The notes under the pieces were generated by a model. That model saw only the letters and a list, made by a program, of their open reading frames with translations, had not been told where the DNA came from and did not search any database. From positions 1 through 20,208 of the forward strand of contig CAZHPN010000112.1 in assembly GCA_964534375.1 (NCBI GenBank): a DNA stretch of 20,208 nucleotides, read 5' to 3'. The stretch is from an uncultured bacterium (GTDB lineage Bacteria > Lernaellota > Lernaellaia > Lernaellales > Lernaellaceae). Each line of letters opens with the position of its first letter. The first letter of the stretch is position 1. Made by a program: the position numbers and the translations under genes. Of this stretch, positions 17,072-20,208 are shown piece after piece.

Positions 17072-19082
17072 GCCGCACCCGTGGGGTTCGGCGAATGGCG
17101 AATGGCGAATGGCGAATGCGGAATTTCCGGCCGGCCGGCCCGCACTCGGCATCCCGCACTCGGCATTCCGCATTCCGCATTCCGCGTTCGGCGTTCCGCA
17201 CTCGGCATTCCGCATTCCGCATTCCGCGTTCGGCATTCCGCATTCCGCATTCCGCATTCCGCATTCTGCAATTGCGCTTGGCGTAACGATTTTGCTCCTG
17301 GCGCTCACGCTGCCCGGCCGCGCGCTGGCGGCCGACGCTCTGCATTTGTCCATCGAGCCGGCGACGGTCGGCGTGGGCGACGACGTGACGGCCACGGTCA
17401 GTGCGGAAAGCAAAACCGCCGGCCAGCCCCATTTGAACGGCATCGACGGCTTCGACGTCGTCGGCACGGTGTCGCAGAGCTCGGTGCAGTTCATCAATTC
17501 GCAGTTTTCCATCAGCCGGCAAACCGTATTCACGCTGCGGGCGCGGCGCGCCGGCCGCTACACAATCGTCGCCGAGGCCGGCGGGGCGCGCTCCAGCCCC
17601 GTCACGGTCGTCGTCGGCGCCGGCGGCGGCCCGGCCGCCCCGCCGCCTCCGCCGCCCAGCGTCCCGCCGCCGGCGTCCGGCCGCGGCGGCGGCGCGGGCC
17701 GGCCGTTTTTCGTCCAGGCCGTGGCGCGACCGACCAATCCGGTCGTCGGACGGCAGGTGATCGTCGAGTACTACCTGCACATCCGCGAAGGCGTGCAGGC
17801 GGAAAAATACGAATTGGCGGGCGTGCCGGAATTCGTCGGCTTCACGCAAACGGAGCTGCCGACCTCGCCGAAGCTCGTTTTCGCCCAAGAGTCGATCGGG
17901 GGCGTGCCGTACCAAACGGCGCTCGTCAAGCGGTTCGCCGTGTTCCCGACGGCAGCCGGCGACCAGACGATCGGCCCGATGGAGATGCGCATCCATTACC
18001 TGAAACGCGACCGCTCGTCGCGGTCGATGGACCCGTTCGGCATGTTCCCGTCGCTGTTGCGCGAACGCGACGTGGCCGAGGTCGAGTCCGAACCGCTGAC
18101 GCTCAACGTTCAGCAGTTGCCCGCGGCCGGCCAGCCGCCCGATTTCGCCGGCGCGGTCGGCCGGCTCGACATCAAAGACGAAGTCGATCGCGCGAACGTG
18201 CCGACCGGCGAGCCATTCACGCTGAAGGTGACCATCGAGGGCGAGGGCGACGTGGAAACCGTCCATCGGCCGAAGCTGGAGCTCAGCCCCAATTTGCACG
18301 TGTACAGCGACAAGGACCGCAGCGAGGTCACCCCCGGCTTCGACAAGGTCACCGGCAAGAAATTTTTCGAGACGATTCTGATCGCGACCGCGCCGGGCGA
18401 TTACCAGATCCCGCCGCTGCGCCTGCCGTATTACGATCCGGAGGCGCGCGAATACAAGGTCGCGACGACGGCGGCGATCGCCGTGCGCGCGTCGGGCGAC
18501 GCCGGGGCCGCGGCGTCGCACTCGCTCGGCGTCATGTCGCGCGAGGCGGTGGAGTTGCGCGGCCGCGATCTGCGTTACATCCATCGCGACAAGCCGGCGC
18601 TGCGGCGCAAGCAGACGCCGCTGGTCGCTTCGACGCTGGTCTGGATCGCGCTCGGCTTGTGGCCGCTGCTGGCCGCGGGCGTGGTGGTTTATCAGGTCCG
18701 CCAGGGGCGGCAGCGGGCGGACCGGCGGACCTACCGCAGCCGGCGCGCGTTCAAAGAGGCGCAACTGCGGCTGCGCGCGGCGCGCCAGGCGATCGACGGC
18801 GCCGACCCGACGCCGTTTTACGCCGAGCTGCACCGCGCGGTCATCGGCTTCATCGCCGACAAGCTCGACGCGGCGGCCCCGGGTCTGGACCGCGCCGATC
18901 TGCTGCGGTCGCTGGCGGGAAAAGGCGTCCGGCCGGAGGCGCTCGAAAACCTCGATGCGCTCTGGAAAGCCGCCGACGCCGTACGCTTCGGCGGCGCCGT
19001 CGCCGACCACGCCGCGCGCCGCGAGGCGCTCGACGACGCCAACCGCCTGCTGGCGGCCCTGGGCGAGGGGCTCTCGTTATGA
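17052..19082 (+). CDS. batD: BatD-like protein (start uncertain)
   Basis: SSVQFIN, VGRQVIVEY, FAGAVG, LKVTIEGEG, PYYDP...YK and DLRYI, TM helix, C-terminal helical domain; in-frame ATGs at 17052 and 17109; coupled GTG 17068 is out of frame. Confidence 0.8.
   Translation: MSIRIGEPHPWGSANGEWRMANAEFPAGRPALGIPHSAFRIPHSAFGVPHSAFRIPHSAFGIPHSAFRIPHSAIALGVTILLLALTLPGRALAADALHLSIEPATVGVGDDVTATVSAESKTAGQPHLNGIDGFDVVGTVSQSSVQFINSQFSISRQTVFTLRARRAGRYTIVAEAGGARSSPVTVVVGAGGGPAAPPPPPPSVPPPASGRGGGAGRPFFVQAVARPTNPVVGRQVIVEYYLHIREGVQAEKYELAGVPEFVGFTQTELPTSPKLVFAQESIGGVPYQTALVKRFAVFPTAAGDQTIGPMEMRIHYLKRDRSSRSMDPFGMFPSLLRERDVAEVESEPLTLNVQQLPAAGQPPDFAGAVGRLDIKDEVDRANVPTGEPFTLKVTIEGEGDVETVHRPKLELSPNLHVYSDKDRSEVTPGFDKVTGKKFFETILIATAPGDYQIPPLRLPYYDPEAREYKVATTAAIAVRASGDAGAAASHSLGVMSREAVELRGRDLRYIHRDKPALRRKQTPLVASTLVWIALGLWPLLAAGVVVYQVRQGRQRADRRTYRSRRAFKEAQLRLRAARQAIDGADPTPFYAELHRAVIGFIADKLDAAAPGLDRADLLRSLAGKGVRPEALENLDALWKAADAVRFGGAVADHAARREALDDANRLLAALGEGLSL
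17087..17270. repeat. Composite heptamer cassette at the batD 5' end
   Basis: (GGCGAAT)x4, core, then a long (CATTCCG/CATTCGG)-type array. Confidence 0.9.
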
Positions 19083-20053
19083 ATGGCGAATGGCGAATGG
19101 CGAATGGCGAATTCCTGCGCCCCATCTCGAGGAATGGCGAATTTTTTCACGCCATCTCCCGCGCACCCCGGACCCCGGAACCCGGACCCCGGACCCCGGA
19201 CCCCGGATCCCGAATCCCGAATCCCAAATCCCGAATCCCGAGCAGTGAGCGCCGCCGGTTATTCGCCATGCGCCATGCGCCATTCGCCATTCTGCGGGTC
19301 GCGTTGGCGGGCGCTGTTCTCGCCGCCGTCCTGCTTGCGGCGCTGCCCGCCGCCGCCGACCCGGCCGCCGACCAATACGATCGCGGCAACCGCTTTTTCG
19401 AGCAGAAAGATTATCTCCAGGCGTTCGAGGCGTATCAGGCGGCGGTCGACGCCGGCGCCGACGACCCCGATCTCTATCTGAACCTGGGCAACGCCGCCTT
19501 CCGGCTCAATCACATCGGCGTCGCGGTCTGGGCCTACGAAATGGGCCTGCGGGTCGCCCCGCGCGACGGCGATCTGCGCTTCAATCTGCGCTATGCCGAA
19601 GCGTTCCAGCGCGACGAATTGCCGAAGGCCGACGAAGTGCTCATTTTGCGCGCCGCCCGCGCTTTGGCCTCGTGGTTTACCGCGGGCGAGGCGACCGGCG
19701 TCGCGGCCGTCGGTTGGCTGGCGCTGGGCGTGGCGGCGATGCTCTGGCCGCGCGCGCGGCGGCGCACCGCGCTGCTCGTCGTCGGCTGCGTGGCGCTGGG
19801 CGTGCTGGTCGCGTTCGGTCCGCTGGCCGGCTGGCGGCTCTACGAGCAATTCGGCATGCGGCAGGCCGTGATCACCGCCGATCAGGCGACGGCCCGCACG
19901 GCGCCCGCGCCCGACGCCGCCGAGGCGTTCACGGCGCACGGCGGCCTGCTGCTGCAAATCATCGACGAACGCGACCAGTATTCGCGCGTGCGCCTGCCCA
20001 ACGGCATGGAAGGCTGGATGGAGAAGACGGCGTATCGGCCGCTGGGACGGTGA
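19079..20053 (+). CDS. batE: BatE-like TPR plus C-terminal SH3-like protein
   Basis: GAGGGG SD and ATGA overlap; GNRFFEQKDY, LYLNLGNAAFR, DLRFNL, two TM helices and RVRLPNGMEGWM. Confidence 0.85.
   Translation: MNGEWRMANGEFLRPISRNGEFFHAISRAPRTPEPGPRTPDPGSRIPNPKSRIPSSERRRLFAMRHAPFAILRVALAGAVLAAVLLAALPAAADPAADQYDRGNRFFEQKDYLQAFEAYQAAVDAGADDPDLYLNLGNAAFRLNHIGVAVWAYEMGLRVAPRDGDLRFNLRYAEAFQRDELPKADEVLILRAARALASWFTAGEATGVAAVGWLALGVAAMLWPRARRRTALLVVGCVALGVLVAFGPLAGWRLYEQFGMRQAVITADQATARTAPAPDAAEAFTAHGGLLLQIIDERDQYSRVRLPNGMEGWMEKTAYRPLGR
19081..19291. repeat. Nested heptamer cassette inside the batE 5' end
   Basis: (GAATGGC)x4, internal (CCCGGAC/CCCGAAT)n at 19167-19241, inverted (GCCATTC/GCCATGC)n at 19261-19291. 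Confidence 0.9.
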
Positions 20054-20136
20054 GCACGAAAGCGCTGACCTTAAGTTCTTGAGAAAAAAGAGCCTCTTGC
20101 AAATATGACTGTTCGATAATCGGCATTTCGCGTGGA

Positions 20137-20192
20137 CCCCTCCCCCGGCCACGCACGGCGTGGCCGCGCCCCTCCCCGCCACGGAGAGGGGC
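20137..20192 (+). repeat. CCCCTCCCC...GGAGAGGGG palindromic repeat, copy 2, with an extra internal hairpin
   Basis: GCCCCTCCCC-GCCAC-GGAGAGGGGC and GGCCACGC-ACG-GCGTGGCC, downstream of the operon. Confidence 0.7.
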
Positions 20193-20208
20193 GAGAGGAC
20201 GCCGTTGC

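Overview
GC-rich bacterial chromosomal window with no rRNA, tRNA or CRISPR array. Gene order: SGNH/GDSL hydrolase (+); mdh (-); divergently, a selenocysteine-containing selD (in-frame TGA, missed by the ORF track) followed by dusB and a fis-like gene; thiD; a YgiQ-family radical SAM gene; a decayed GIY-YIG nuclease gene (-) flanked by two mutually inverted arrays of CGTC-type palindromic repeats; an Asp-rich lipoprotein with a 7-repeat beta-propeller; and a complete moxR-DUF58-hypothetical-batA-batB-batC-batD-batE operon. The most unusual structure is in the bat operon. Five of its seven gene junctions carry stop-free heptamer or palindromic repeat cassettes. In three genes the cassette lies in frame between a translationally coupled start codon and the signal-peptide h-region. 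In one junction it forms a short ORF bridging moxR to DUF58. In batD it leaves the coupled start one heptamer out of frame. Protein identifications come from recognising motifs by eye; no database search was run.
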